From: Octopus bimaculoides
Lineage: Eukaryota
Reading direction: 5' to 3'
DNA: 52,511 bases
NCBI RefSeq assembly: GCF_001194135.2
Contig: NC_068983.1
Coordinates: 107,646,941-107,699,451 of the forward strand
Within the stretch, counting starts at the first letter, position 1. The number at the start of each line of letters is the position of its first letter. This document shows, piece after piece, positions 1 through 12,726 of this stretch. Under the pieces are notes generated by a model that was not told the origin of the DNA, ran no database searches, and saw nothing but the letters and a program-made list of their open reading frames with translations. The position numbers and the translations under genes are program-made.

Positions 1-132
1 AGAGAGAGAGAGAGATAACTGTAAAAACTTACTGTTGACAAGGGTTGTGTGGTGTTCAATTATTAAATAAAAAAGAAAATGTGCATGAAGTACAGAACAT
101 CATCAATGAGCGAAAAATATGTAAACACACGA

Positions 133-365
133 GAGACGTGTCTTTGTGTCTGTTTTCCCCCACTACTGTTTCACAACTGGTGTTGCTGCATTTATATCTC
201 TGTAACATAGTGGTTCAGCAAAAGAAACTGATAGAATAAGTATCAAGCTTTACAAAAAATAATATGTACTGGGGTTAATTCATTCAACTAAAACCTCTTC
301 AAGGCAGTACCCCAGCATGGCCACAGTCGAATGATTAAAACAGGTAAAAGATAAAGGATAAAGAG
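133..365 (+). mobile_element. SINE family A, 3' half
   Basis: Degenerate match to the 3' half of the full copy at 11791-12170 (GGTTCAGCAAAAGAAACTGATAGAATAAGTA...CAGCATGGCCACAGTC...GTAAAAGA tail). Confidence 0.75.
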
Positions 366-2020
366 ATATCTTGTCTTATTTACCATACATGTATACAGCA
401 AAGTTATGAACACATTTTCAAAGCACTCAGGCACTACTATGAATTTTCTAAAACCTTAAAATCATATTCTTAAAATTTCATGGTGTATTTAGACACCCCT
501 TTAGACACACTGTTTGAAGGCCACTGTTTTAATATTTCCTTCAGTTATATCTTTTTTTATGTAATTATTAGTTCCTAATATTTACTAAATTTTTACCAAA
601 TCTCGACCTAAGGTTACTATATCTGAATTCAATAGATTTGTCCTCAATTTGTAAGCTTTTGTTTTTAAGTTCATGAAAGAGGATCAGTATCCATAATATT
701 TGTTTAGGCCGAAACCACTCTTGGTTAACGAGATCTATGATAAAATGTATTCCAGCCATGATAATCCGGTGTGTTTTTATCTTTGTTTTTCTTTTTATTT
801 TATTTTCAAGAATAGTACTTGGGATTACATAATCCAATAAGTCTTTTTTTAAAGATGATAGGGTGTGATATCAGAAAGATTTGGTCACTATTTCTAGCAA
901 ATTGTACTGAAGTTCTTTCATTACTTCAGTAGGGTTTGTTATAGAAGGGGAAAGAAAATTTCATTGAAAGACAATTTTAGAGAGAGAAAACTTGTTTCCT
1001 TTCCTTTTTTTCTTCTCTTCTTTCATTCTCCATCTTTCTTCACTCTCTTTTTATTTGTAGCTAAAAACAGGTATCTGTAAAAGGATTATAAAATATCAAA
1101 CTCTGCTGGAAGTTCTCCCTTCTTCTCTAGCACTGATACAATCAATGCCTAAGCCACATCTCTTAGTTTTTCTTTGCTCATTGTTATTGCCCCTTTGAAA
1201 TCATAATGTTGAAAACAATTCTATCTTACTTGACCAACCCCATGGGACTTTTGTTTCCACATCATTGTTGTTCAGTTTGATGCTAAATCTGCCTGGATGC
1301 ATCCTCTTGAAATTGCTTTCTTTCATTTTTCTTTCTTCTACTCTCTTTTCCTTTTCATCCTAAACTATATTGTTCTGACCCCTTTCACCTCATTTTCTCT
1401 TACTCATGTCTAGTCCTTCCTTTAACAAGCTGCTTCTTGTGATTAGCTTGAATATAGTGCTCTAACACTATCACTTGTATATAAATATATGTAAATTCCA
1501 ATAACCTATGCCCTGCTAAAGCATCTATTCCCACTTCAAATACCAGAAAGAAAGGATTTCCACAGCAATAGCAAAATAGAGGTTTTTCTTATCCAAAGAC
1601 AGACAGATAGATAGTTAGATAGATAGATAGATAAATAAATAGATAGATAGATAGATAGACAGACAGCTAAAGAGAGAGGTGAGAGTAATACATGATTACT
1701 TTGATTATTTGAAAGATACAACAGTAATCTATGTTTTAAATGGTGTTAGGTCACGACCACATAAGTAGAAGATTATCTTCTAGAAATTAGAGGAATTTAA
1801 CTGATGCTCACTCTTTTGTAAGCATTTAAGTGAAATGGTCTACTTGAGGATAATACAGATTGTTGATTTGGTAATTCTTCTTAGTATCATTTAACTAACT
1901 GTGTCACAGACTCTCAGAAAGTAGAAAAAGTTTCAACAGACGATCTCTGTCAGGCAGTTTGGAACTAGAATATTTTGGATGCCTAGCATGTAATTCCTGT
2001 TTTTGTTTTTCTCTTCAGTT

Positions 2021-2088
2021 TCAGTTCTTATTCTCTTCTTTTTTCCCAGTGAAATCTGAAAGTTCCGTCTGATATAACTGACTCTCAG
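2021..2088 (-). CDS. Candidate terminal coding exon (A)ESQLYQTELSDFTGKKEENKN*, product unknown
   Basis: Long poly-T tract plus GCTTTGCTCAG acceptor on the minus strand; phase-1 reading is open to TGA at 2021-2023. No recognisable homology. Confidence 0.2.
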
Positions 2089-2686
2089 CTGAGCAAAGCA
2101 AAAAAAAAAAAAAAAAAAATGTCAAAATGAAAATTACATGGAAATAAAAAGCAGAAGTGGGGAAAGAGAGAGGAAGAGAGGTTAAAACACAGGAAATATT
2201 TTGACTGATACAGCAAACATATGAGATACATGTTATATGCATTCATATCCTCATTTAGAAAGAAAGAGAGAGTAACAATGGGTTTATTAAGCATCTTAAT
2301 ATTTGTCAAACATGTTGTTATAGCATTTAAATAAATAAGAAAGTCTGGTAAAATGTATAAAAAAAACAATACAGTGACATATTGCTATTATATTCTATTT
2401 CACTCCTCTAATGAGTACTTGATAGTTGTGTTATTTGTTTGAGAGGGAAATATTTGTTTTTTTTGCTTTTTTTGCTTTTTCTTTTTCTTTCTTTTTTTTG
2501 TTACTTGCAAAACCATTTAACTTGTTATCAAAATGGTGTGGTTTCTATAAAGTCTAAAGTTCATTTCAGAATTTTCTCAACGTATGTCAAAACAGTTTAT
2601 TTATTATAAAAAAAAGAAGCCCATCAATCATGATACTTTAAAACACCTCAATTTCTGTGCAAGACTTGCAACAGTTCTTTCTTTAA

Positions 2687-2904
2687 CCCTTTAGCATTTA
2701 AACAGGCCATATCCAGCCGAAATACTGTATCTATTTTACGTTCAATGTGGCCAGATCTGGCTTTTCACACCTATCTTACGATGTTATTTTAAGAATAAGC
2801 AATTACATCATCGAAAACTTGAAACTACAAGATGATGCATAATTAATTCAAAACAATGAATAAATAAGCATTATATTTGACAGAGTAATTTGAATGCTAA
2901 AGGG
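2687..2904. mobile_element. piggyBac-type MITE
   Basis: TTAA on both flanks (2683-2686, 2905-2908); 16-bp TIR CCCTTTAGCATT(T/C)AAA with 15/16 identity; no ORF. Confidence 0.85.
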
Positions 2905-3067
2905 TTAATGTCTCAAAAACAGTACATTGGAATTGTTAGGGATAATATAGAGATGTTGCAACATTAACACATTTTCAAATGGCATTAATGATATAAGTTA
3001 ATCAAAATGGCCGTTCTGAACAAAAAAAATCTATTACATTCATGCTGTAAACATTTAATCAGAAATA

Positions 3068-3678
3068 CAGGGTGGCCCAAAAGTAGGTTTACAGTTATTC
3101 AACCATCTCTTTTGCATTCATATATTAACAATTTAGATCTTAATTATAAAAAAAAAATATGAAATCATTATTCTATGCTAATTTGGTTAATTGTAAGATA
3201 GAAATTTAAATGTAATAAAATGTTTTAAAAGAAATTTAAAGTGCCTACATTGTTGTTGGCACTCCGTCACTTACGACGTCGAGGATTCCAGTTGATCCGA
3301 TCAACGGAACAGCCTGCTCGTGAAATTAACGTGCAAGTGGCTGAGCACTCCACAGACACGTGTACCCTTAACGTAGTTCTCAGGGATATTCAGCGTGACA
3401 CAGTGTGGCAAGGCTGACCCTTTGAATTACAGGCACAACAGAAACAGGAAGTAAGAGTGTGAGAAAGTTGTGAAAGAGTACAGCAGGGTTCACCAGCATT
3501 CCTTGCCGGAACCTCATGGAGTTTTAGGTGTTTTCGCTCAATAAACACTCACAACGCTCGGTCTGGGAATCGAAACCACAATCCTATGACCACAAGTCCG
3601 CTGCCCTAACCACTGGGCCATTGCACATCCACTAAAGTGCCTACATGATTACTGTAAACCTACTTTTGAGCCACCCTG
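3068..3678. mobile_element. Tc1/mariner-superfamily MITE interrupted by a SINE
   Basis: 28-bp TIRs CAGGGTGGCCCAAAAGTAGGTTTACAGT (3068-3095) and 3651-3678 with one mismatch; TA on both flanks. Confidence 0.85.
3251..3632 (-). mobile_element. tRNA-derived SINE family D
   Basis: Minus-strand head CAATGGCCCAGTGGTTAGGGCAGCGGAC...GGTTTCGATTCCCAG (A/B boxes); 14-bp TSD TAAAGTGCCTACAT at 3237-3250 and 3633-3646; second copy at 7429-7806. Confidence 0.9.
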
Positions 3679-3854
3679 TATACTACACAGTCCTGACTGC
3701 ATTGAAATCTACACCACCTGAAATAGAAGCTTTTTTATAGCTCATGTGTCAATTGATTTCTTTTTTTATCCTATATTGCTTCATCCATATAGGGTAATCG
3801 TACCCCAGTTCTCTCTTTGAATTTTTTTCCTTTTATATATCAGCTACCTGCTCT

Positions 3855-4372
3855 TTTGTGGAGGCGCAAACTGCCAGGTGTCTCAGTCCTCTGACATCCC
3901 CTCTGTGAGGCCCAATGTTTGAAGATCTTTTCTCACCACTTCATCTCATGTCTTCATGGATCTACCTCTTCCACATGTTCCCTCAAAAATTAGAGATAAG
4001 CACTTCTTGATGCAACTGTCTTCATTTATATGCATTACATGGCCATACCAGTACAGTCTTCTCTCTTGCTTGCTACATCTGATGCCTCATACACTCAGTT
4101 TTTCTCTCAAATCACTTACAATCTGTCAAATATGCACACTGACATTATCCATCCAGTAGAGCATACTGGCTTCATTTCTTTCAAACTTTCATATATCCTC
4201 AGTATTCACAGCCCGTAGCATAGCAGTTCATACACATGCATCATACAATCTGCCTAAGGGAAAGGCTCTTCATTACTAACAGACGTAGTAGCTCTCTGAA
4301 CTTTGCCCAGCCTATTCTTATTCTAGTAGCTATGCTTTCAGAACCTCCACCACTACTAATTTGGTCACCTAA
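3855..4372 (-). mobile_element. Degenerate RTE-clade LINE, ORF2 C-terminal part
   Basis: Minus translation gives LGDQISSGGGSESIATRIRIGWAKFRELL, then RRLYWYGHVMH...GTCGRGRSMKT*DEVVRKDLQTLGL, typical RTE post-RT motifs with stops. Confidence 0.85.
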
Positions 4373-4384
4373 TATATACACATA

Positions 4385-4502
4385 ATACATACATACATAC
4401 ACACACACATACATACATGCACACATGCGCATGTGCACACACACACACACACACATACACAGACATACACAGACATACACAGACATACACACACCTACAC
4501 AC

Positions 4503-4546
<44 letters not shown>
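4385..4546. repeat. (AC)n-rich microsatellite
   Basis: Direct reading. Confidence 0.95.
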
Positions 4547-4549
<3 letters not shown>

Positions 4550-4554
4550 GCTGG

Positions 4555-4692
4555 CTCCTTTCAAAGTTTGCCTACCTGATTCCACCCACAAGGCTTTGGT
4601 TAGTCCAAGGCCATAGCAGAAGACATTTGCCCAAGCTGCCACATAGTAGGACTGAACCCAAAACCATATGTTTAGGAAATGAACTTCTTAAC
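4555..4692 (-). mobile_element. SINE family A, head fragment
   Basis: Reverse complement matches the tRNA-like head and the CTTGGGCAAATGTCTTCTGCTATGGCC body of the 11791 copy. Confidence 0.75.
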
Positions 4693-5900
4693 CAGACAAA
4701 TATACCTGCACCTCTCAATATGTATTTCTATACTTTTATTTAGAATGCCTGCTAGCTCTGCAACAGAGGTAAAAAGATTTAGCTTTATTCAAAAGTGCAA
4801 AAAACATGCTCAAGACATTTCAAATATACAAAACTTCGATGCACAGTTCGCTTTATAAAGAATTCACAAGTCAAATCATAAAACTGCCTATGCTGATTAT
4901 GTGTTCTTAGATATAACCATATTTGAGAACCTTTCATAGCAATCTTATCCTATATATTCCACACTACCAAATTACATTGTGGGATCCATGTAAAATTACT
5001 TCTAGCCTAAGCAGTTGATAACCTTATATAAAGCTAAAAAAATATCCTACACTGAGATACTGCTTACAATGTACTTGTACACACATATACACAAACACAC
5101 GTATAAACACACAAGCACTTGGACAACATTCAGTCTTCTTGACAAAAAATAAGCTAAACCCACTAACATCATCCAATTACTGAGAATATCACACTGCTCC
5201 TACTACAATGGCCTTTAATTGTCCAAAATTGGCAACTCAGTAGCATTGCCATAGAAAGACTGACAGAAACTCCTTATTGTCAGTGTTTCCCCTTGTCATC
5301 ATCATCAGCATCAGTATGTCTCACCTTGCAGACAATGCACTAAACATCATTCATATATCTCAAGTGCATGATTTTTCAACTACTAATTTGAAGAAAAAAA
5401 AAAAAAAAATTAACTTAAACTGTACACTGCTCTAATATCATCTATTTTCCTTGATTTTCCAGTCTAGGAAGTTCTATAAAGACCACAGGCACTGAATTTT
5501 CTTCTTAATCAAGAGCCAAAATTCTATTATCTTGTAAAAACATTCTGAAACATATTTCATATGCACTCAGTCAAAGAGCTACTCGAGAAAAATATTTTCT
5601 TTTCTCAAGCTTCATGTTTTATAGTTTAGCATTGTCAATTATGAAGAACAGAACCACAGAATTTCCTTGATTTTTATCTTCTGTATTCTTATACCTACAA
5701 ATAATATGTGGCGATTTTAGTATTTTCTTTTGCAAATTTTTTTCAACCATGTTTCAAACAATCTGACTGTAAAACAGATATTTACTAATAATATGAGAAG
5801 CTAAAAGTTTATAATAGATTTAAGTAGATTTAAGCAAAATATAATCTAATAAAGCAGAATTCATACATAAACACACGTGTGTGTGTGTGTGTGTGTGTCT

Positions 5901-5941
<41 letters not shown>

Positions 5942-5978
5942 TATACATTTTATGTCTGTGTGCATGCACGTGTAAATA

Positions 5979-6410
5979 CAGAGGTTGAACAAAATACTGG
6001 AAACATGTTGTTAAATGGAAGTTTTATTATTTCATGAGGAGATGGTTCACCTGTGACATCAGTAATATATATCTATTAATCTTTAATATATTGAGAAATT
6101 GACTCATACAGGTTCTGAAAGGCTGTTAGAGGAATTTTGAACCATTTTTCAAATAAAGCAACCTTCAGCTCTTTCAACAATGATTACAGAGGGAAATGGC
6201 TTCTCACTTTTTTTGTCTCCAAAATACATCATATATGTTCAGTTATATTGCAATCCAGAGATTGTGGGAGCCAATACAAATAGTTTACTTCACTTTTGTG
6301 TTCTTCATACCAATTTTGAATAACATTAACCATGTGAAATTGTGCATTATTGTCCTGGAGGATTGCACTACCATCAGGGGAACAACTTTTGTACGATAGG
6401 TAGGTATATA
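5979..6410 (-). mobile_element. Tc1-like transposon relic: DDE transposase C-terminus plus terminal repeat
   Basis: Minus translation PDGSAILQDNNAQFH...WYEEH...WLPQSLDCNITEHI*...LKELKVALFEKWFKIPL...NLYESI matches the Tc1 QDDNAP/WPxQSPDLN pattern; ends in TA-flanked CAGAGGTTGAACAAAATACTGGAAAC at 5979. Confidence 0.85.
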
Positions 6411-6889
6411 TTCAGATATACCATTGTTTTAACTCAATAGAACAACTAAAGGCCCAAGGGAATAAAACAGAAATATCTGCAAAAATTAAAAGCAGAGGGC
6501 TATATTATGAAGTACCACACATACACAATGCATATGAACATGCTGTGGAGGATATAATTAGACCCTGGGACATGCAAGAGTTGATTGCAAGTAAAACACA
6601 AAGAGCATCATTAACACATACAGCTATGGTGCAATCTGATAGGAAGCTACTGATACAAAAAAATGAAAGATGCATGAAGACTATATGCGCAAACATATTT
6701 TGTTGTGTCTGAGGAGAGTCGTTTTGTCATTATGCCTTATTACCTAACACACTCACCAGTTCAATTTCCACTCAATTAATTTATGTACTTATTTTTTCCA
6801 AAGTTTTCATTGCTTCTTTTAACCTTCTCAATTGTTGTTGACTCTGTCCATTATCAGTGCTAAAGAAAGTATATGCAAGAAGTTTTGAT

Positions 6890-7420
6890 AGTTTTGATTT
6901 TGTATGCCAAGTACAGTCTGGCTCTGCTGATGTCTAGAGCAACTACATTATTTTCACCAAACTTCTCTAAAAGAAAAACCCAATGTTGAGTGAAATAAGT
7001 AAGTATCCAGTGGATCTAGTTCAATGAAAAGAGAGAGGGATTGAAGGGGATAAAAATGCCATTGTTCATGACTGTCACTATTAACTTGAAGATGTTGGAG
7101 GTGAGAGCAATGAGGTGATAGTTGGCTGGGTCAAAAGAGTTGCCTTTCTTGAGAATCCAATACTCTACAACATATATCTAAATAACAAATATCTAAATAT
7201 CTTAGTATGTCCTTTTAGAGAGTGAGAGATTTAGGTTTGTTGAGTAAAGAAACAATGTTCTGTAGTGTAATGTTTGAATGTAAGGATCATTGTCAAAGTA
7301 AGTGGTTTGTTGGACTGAAGCAACTTGAGGCATTTTCACACTTGGCATGTATTTTTTTTAAGGGTGGGTGTTGTATGAGGAACGAAGTGTGATTCACCTA
7401 TGTTTCAGTTTCCTTTGCTG
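6890..7420 (-). mobile_element. Highly degenerate CR1/Jockey-group LINE RT fragment
   Basis: Minus translation contains KKGNSFDPANYHLIALTSN (NYRPIxLTS-like) and VVALDISRA (LDISKAFD-like). Confidence 0.6.
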
Positions 7421-7428
7421 CATCGACA

Positions 7429-7806
7429 GTTGGCACTCCGTCGCTTAGAACGTCGAGGGCTCCAGTTGATCCGCTCAACGGAACAGCCTACTTGTGAAAT
7501 TAATGTGCAAGTGGCTGAGCACTCCACAGACACGTGTACTCTTAACATAGTTCTCAGGGATATTTAGCGTGACACAGTGTGACAAGGCTGACCCTTTGAA
7601 TTACAGGTACAACAGAAACAGGAAGTAAGAGTGAGAGAAAGTTGTGGTGGAAGAGTACAGCAGGGTTCGCCACCATCCCCTGCCGGAGTCTTGTGGAGCT
7701 TAAGGTGTTTTCGCTCAATAAACACTCACAACGCCCGGTCTGGGAATCAAAACCACGATCCTATGACCGCGAGTCCACTGCCCTAACCACTGGGCCATTG
7801 CTCCTC
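7429..7806 (-). mobile_element. tRNA-derived SINE family D
   Basis: Colinear with 3251-3632; decayed TSD TGCTGCAT(C/T)G at about 7416 and 7810. Confidence 0.9.
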
Positions 7807-8197
7807 CTCTGCTGCATTGGCTATCCAGCTGCCTTACATCTGAAAAATGCCCTACCTGCCTAACCTATCACTAGAACCTAACAACAAATTCCTTCTCTTG
7901 CTCATACATTCACACATGTCCATCTGCCATGATCTTCGCAAAATGAAGAGGCCCATGCTGGACCCACTTCCACCCATATGACTTCCCTCACTCCTACTCT
8001 TCCAGTAGGGCCCCTCAGCCAGTTATGTAACTGACCCTTTTCTCTTGGCTCACCTCATCCTCACAGTGGGAAACCAAGTGGAGTAGAAGGGGACAGATTT
8101 GGAAAAGATTGGCTAAGCACATGTAATGTGGTGAGGATGTATAGCAAGCAGCCATGCACACACAAACACACGCACACAAACACGCACGCACATGTGC

Positions 8198-8233
<36 letters not shown>

Positions 8234-8679
8234 ATCAAAATGACTGATATAATGCTATGGCTATGATATGAAATTATAAAAAATGAACATGCTCCCTTAG
8301 TTTTGATGTTCAGAAAAAAAAAGAGAGAACACTTGACAGACAGCTTTGTTGTTTGTTGACCAGTCCTCAAAGAAGATGTACAAGATCTCCTTCCCCATTC
8401 AATAACATACAATATCCAGTTGCTATATAAAGCAGTCAAGAATTAAGCTGTTAACACATTGAATAGCTTCATTTTCTTACTTTTACTTAAGATGTTTCAT
8501 CATTAGCTAAACAATATATATTTTATAGACAACAGAGTATGAATGAGAGGGACTGAAATAAATATAAATATTTTAGAGACTCTCAAGGTATTGTTTCACA
8601 ATTTGTTGACAATTCCATGAAAGACATATAGTTGATATATATTTGTTTATACACTTATACTCACACACACACACACACA

Positions 8680-8788
8680 AAGCCATGGTCGTCCTGGGTC
8701 TATAGTAGAAAACACTTCCCCAAGGTACTGGCTACTGAACCCAAAATGAAATGGTTGGAATGCAAGCTACTTGACCACACACAGCCCC
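8680..8788 (-). mobile_element. SINE family A, degenerate head
   Basis: Reverse complement resembles GGCTGTGTGGT...CTTGGGGAAGTGTTTTCTACTATAGACC. Confidence 0.55.
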
Positions 8789-8821
8789 ACTTGCACTAAT
8801 ATTTATACATACATCATAATC

Positions 8822-8995
8822 ATTTAGCGTTTATTGTCCATGCTGGCATGGGTTAGATGATTTCATTGGAACTGGTAAGATGGAGCACTGTATCAGGCTC
8901 CAGCCAGGTTTGGCTTGGTTTCAATGGCTGGTTGCCCTTCCAAACACTAACCACTCCAAGAGTGTAGCAGGTGCTTTTACGTGTAACCATCATGA
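8822..8995 (-). mobile_element. RTE-tailed SINE-like family C, degenerate
   Basis: CCATGCTGGCATGGGTTAGATG...CCCTTCCAAACACTAACCACTCCAAGAGTGTAG matches the other family C copies. Confidence 0.7.
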
Positions 8996-9281
8996 TTACC
9001 TTTCATGTATCACTGTTATGAGTGCCATTTACAAGATATCAGCATGGGTATCTTTTACGTTTCACTGGTACTGGTCATGACTATAATTTCACTTGGCATG
9101 ACATGTCTTCTCAAGCATAGAAAATCACCAAAGGTCTTGATCACTTGTCATCATCCTTGTGACTCAGCAGCCAAGGGTTATGCTTCACCACCTTGTTCCA
9201 TGTCTTCCTGGGTCTATTTTCTCTGCAGTTTCCCTCCACAATTAGTGATTGGCACTTTTTATGCAGCTGTTCTCATCCATA

Positions 9282-9334
<53 letters not shown>

Positions 9335-9551
9335 GAGTATGATCTAGGGACACAAGTGTAAGAAGTTAGTAAGCTTCAAGCAATAGGTGACTAGCATAGA
9401 GAACAAAAAGTGGACAATATACAATAAAATGAAAATTTATTAAGCTTGTAAGTTGCACATTTTTTCTCATACCGAAGTTGTGAAGAATTTTGATAAGCCG
9501 ATTGCTTCAATACAACTCACAGTTAGCAATTAACACTACTAAGAATACAAA

Positions 9552-9854
9552 TAAAAGTCCAATAATCTTAAGGACTGGAATAGGTCGAATATAGGCCACA
9601 CATGTTTCTGAACTAGCTGAAATTCATTACGCAAGTCTTATGCAATGAACTATCCTCAGCGTAGCTGGTCATCAGGCCAAAATTATCACCTCAAATTTTA
9701 TATCACTGTATTGATGGTAGTAATTTCAGGTTGATGACCAGCTATGCTGAAGAGAGTTTGTCACATAAGAATTATGTAATAAACTTCAACTAGTTGCAAA
9801 GCATATGTAGTCTCTATTCCCCCTATTTCATACTTTATAAACGTTGGTCTTTAC
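9552..9854. repeat. Old fold-back (MITE-like) inverted repeat
   Basis: Arms 9552-9685 and about 9721-9854 are reverse-complementary with many substitutions (e.g. CTCAGCGTAGCTGGTCATCA / TGATGACCAGCTATGCTGA); loop about 35 nt. Confidence 0.7.
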
Positions 9855-10057
9855 ATATATATATTTATATGTTTCTGGGTGTGTATTATATCTATCTTTC
9901 TAGCTATTTTAATATGATACACACCACATACGAATATATGGGTGTGTGTGGGTGTGTGTGTGTGTTGTTTTCATTAATATTAGAAATTATATTTCCATTT
10001 GTATTTTTGTCACGGTTGCATGCATCTTTTATGCAGCTATAAAAGGTAGGAGATAAT

Positions 10058-10111
<54 letters not shown>

Positions 10112-10323
10112 ATAGGGGGGTTTAGTTCACAGGTGATCTAATCAACTAGGTACATTAGGTGAGTGCTGTAATGGATTACTAAGGCTCCAAGGTTATAGCC
10201 AAGACGGTAGTTATGGAGCCATTGCAGATTTCCAATGTGGATATATAATTGTTAAAGAGGACAACAAATGTCAAGGCAAACATCTCAAGTCATATACATT
10301 ATTATTATTGGAAAAGCTTCAAA

Positions 10324-10379
10324 GTCTTACAGCTGTTTCTGAGATATCCCAGAGTATGGGATATACCATCATCAGAGAC
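10324..10379 (-). ncRNA. Minimal type-I hammerhead ribozyme, core intact
   Basis: GTCT CTGATGA TGGTATATCCC atactct GGGATATCTCA GAAA CAGCT GTA AGAC: stem I GTCT/AGAC, 11-bp stem II with one mismatch, palindromic stem III ACAGCTGT, GUA cleavage triplet. Confidence 0.8.
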
Positions 10380-10668
10380 AAATAGGGAAAATGAGAAGGG
10401 TATAGATTGATGAAATGACGACATAGAAGACAGGAGTAAAGGAATAAGGAGATGAAGAAAGAGAAGAAGTTAGAAGCATAAAAGTTCACAGTTTAACTTT
10501 CCAATCTTGTAGAAATAAGTCCATAAGTCCTTATTTCCACAAGGTCGGTAAGTTGAACTGTAAACTTTTATGCTTCTTTTTCTTCTCTTTCTTCATCTCC
10601 TTATTCCTTTACTCCCGTCCTCTATGTCATTATTTCATTAATCTATACCCTTCTCATTTTCCCCATTT

Positions 10669-10724
10669 GTCTCCGATGATGGAGTATCCCATACTCTGGG
10701 ATATCCCAGATACAGCTGTAAGAC
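10669..10724 (+). ncRNA. Hammerhead motif, core mutated
   Basis: Mirror of 10324-10379 with CCGATGA and GATA replacing CTGATGA and GAAA. Confidence 0.65.
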
Positions 10725-10810
10725 TTTGAATCTTTTCTTATAATAATAATGTATATGACTTTAGATGTTTGCCTTGCCTTAACGTTTTTTGTCCTCTTTA
10801 ACAATTATAC

Positions 10811-10865
<55 letters not shown>

Positions 10866-10921
10866 AATTTGTGTGTATGAATGTATGTTTATGTATCCAT
10901 GTGTGACTGTTTGTCTGCATA

Positions 10922-10954
<33 letters not shown>

Positions 10955-11790
10955 GTGTGCATGTGCATACATAAGATATTTCTGGGATTCTATCACAGAA
11001 ACAAAACTAGCCCAAAGCTTTGAGCTTGAGTTTTTCAATTATATTACAAATATTTGAAAATTTAGATTATTGAGCTCCAATTTGAACTTTCGCACTTTAA
11101 GAAAATAGAAATATATCAAACCAATTTCAGAAAACATTCCATAAAGGATAGAAATATTTAACTTTTGATCTTCAAAATAATGCAGTATGCAGCTATAGAG
11201 AGAAATAACAACGGAAATAAAATTGCTCTGACATGATGACTTATCATTCTCTACGGTTCATACTTGCCTAGCAGCAGTGATGAAAATTGATTAGGGCCAT
11301 CTTCTTCATCTAATTTTTTTTAAACTCTGAAGTGGATAGGTTGCTACAGAAAAAGCAACTACAAACCAGGAGAGATGACTACTTGTTCTGGATGTGTAAT
11401 ACGAACGACTGATATATGTTACTGTATAAAACAAGTCTTGCAGACCAATGAAGGCCCAGCTGATACTGAAGAGTTTACATCACAGAATACATTGATCCTC
11501 AGAGGATGAGCTGAATCAACATTGCAACAAGAATGTATTTCAGTTGTCCCATATGTCCACCCCTTTCCAACAGAAACAGATAAGATAATGATCAATATGT
11601 TGTGACTCACTCACATGCACATACATATTAGTTAATAAATTGTATGGTACACATCTGGTAGTTTGCTGGTAAAGCATGTTTACTGGCTCAGTATTGGTTG
11701 GGTATTAGATTAATGAGACAAATGGAAGATGCAAGAGTCTTTATTGATGACTACAATTTTTGTATCTTCCATCTTCCATATCTCTCATTA

Positions 11791-12167
11791 GGCATGGCTG
11801 TGTTGTAAGAAGCTTGCTTCCCAACCACGTGGTTCTGGGTTCAGTTCCACTGCATAGCACTTTGGACAAGTGTCTTCTACTAAAGCCTTGGCCCGACCAA
11901 AGCCTTGTGAGTGGATTTGGTAGAAAGAAGTTAAAAGAAGCCTATTGTATATATATGTATATGTATATATATTTGTGTGTGTTTGTCACCCCACCATCGC
12001 TTGACAACCGATGTTAGTGTGTTTACATCCTCCGTGACTTAGTGGTTCAGTAAAAGAAACTGATATATTAAGTACTAGGTTTACAAAGAATAAATTCTGG
12101 GGTTGATTTGTTTGACTAAAGGCGATGCTCTAGCATGGCCACAGTCAAATGACTAAAACAAGTAAAA

Positions 12168-12170
<3 letters not shown>
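11791..12170 (+). mobile_element. tRNA-derived SINE family A, full length
   Basis: Head GGCATGGCTGTGTTGTAAGAAGC...GGGTTCAGTTCC, CORE-like CTTTGGACAAGTGTCTTCTAC segment, internal (TA/TG)n, tail AAACAAGTAAAAGA; about 10 related copies in the window. Confidence 0.9.
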
Positions 12171-12210
<40 letters not shown>

Positions 12211-12252
12211 TCCTCAGATCATGGAGATTACCAAAATATTAGTGCCAAGCAA

Positions 12253-12308
<56 letters not shown>

Positions 12309-12372
12309 AGCCACCTAAGAGTTCATATGCCAGGGAAAAAAAGGCACTTGTATATTTGTCACTAGAGAAGTG

Positions 12373-12626
12373 TAATTGAAGTGTACAGTATTGTATATCC
12401 ATTATGGCTGATCTTACCAATCGGTTTTGCACTAGGGGTTCATTGGAGTGTTAGGTAACAGTTTGTTTATGTAACTCTGCACTCTTCAGAGGTAGCTGTT
12501 ATGGAATGAAATATGGTGCAGGGTTACATAATTGGATTATTACATAAAACTTTGTTGAACCCCTAGTGAAAAACCAGGTGGTAACATCAACCATAATGGA
12601 TATATAATGCTATACACTTTGATTAA
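12373..12626. repeat. Fold-back inverted repeat
   Basis: TATATCCATTATGGCTGATCTTACC...CACTAGGGGTTCA pairs with TGAACCCCTAGTG...CCATAATGGATATA; inner stem TTATGTAACTCTGCAC / GTGCAGGGTTACATAA. Confidence 0.75.
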
Positions 12627-12628
12627 TG

Positions 12629-12726
<98 letters not shown>

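Larger units (their letters stand above)
10241..10812. mobile_element. Fold-back element of two head-to-head PLE pseudo-LTR-like arms, each with a hammerhead motif
   Basis: Arms of about 275 bp are reverse complements around a 10-nt loop (10520-10529); flanked by (TG)n tracts. Confidence 0.85.

Noticed and set aside
6413-6710. Plus-strand open frame of about 95 codons beside the Tc1 relic
   Set aside because: Faint resemblance to a transposase HTH only; opposite orientation to the DDE part and no firm motif.
11330-11620. Long nearly open frames on both strands
   Set aside because: Internal stops, no convincing splice sites, no recognisable motif.
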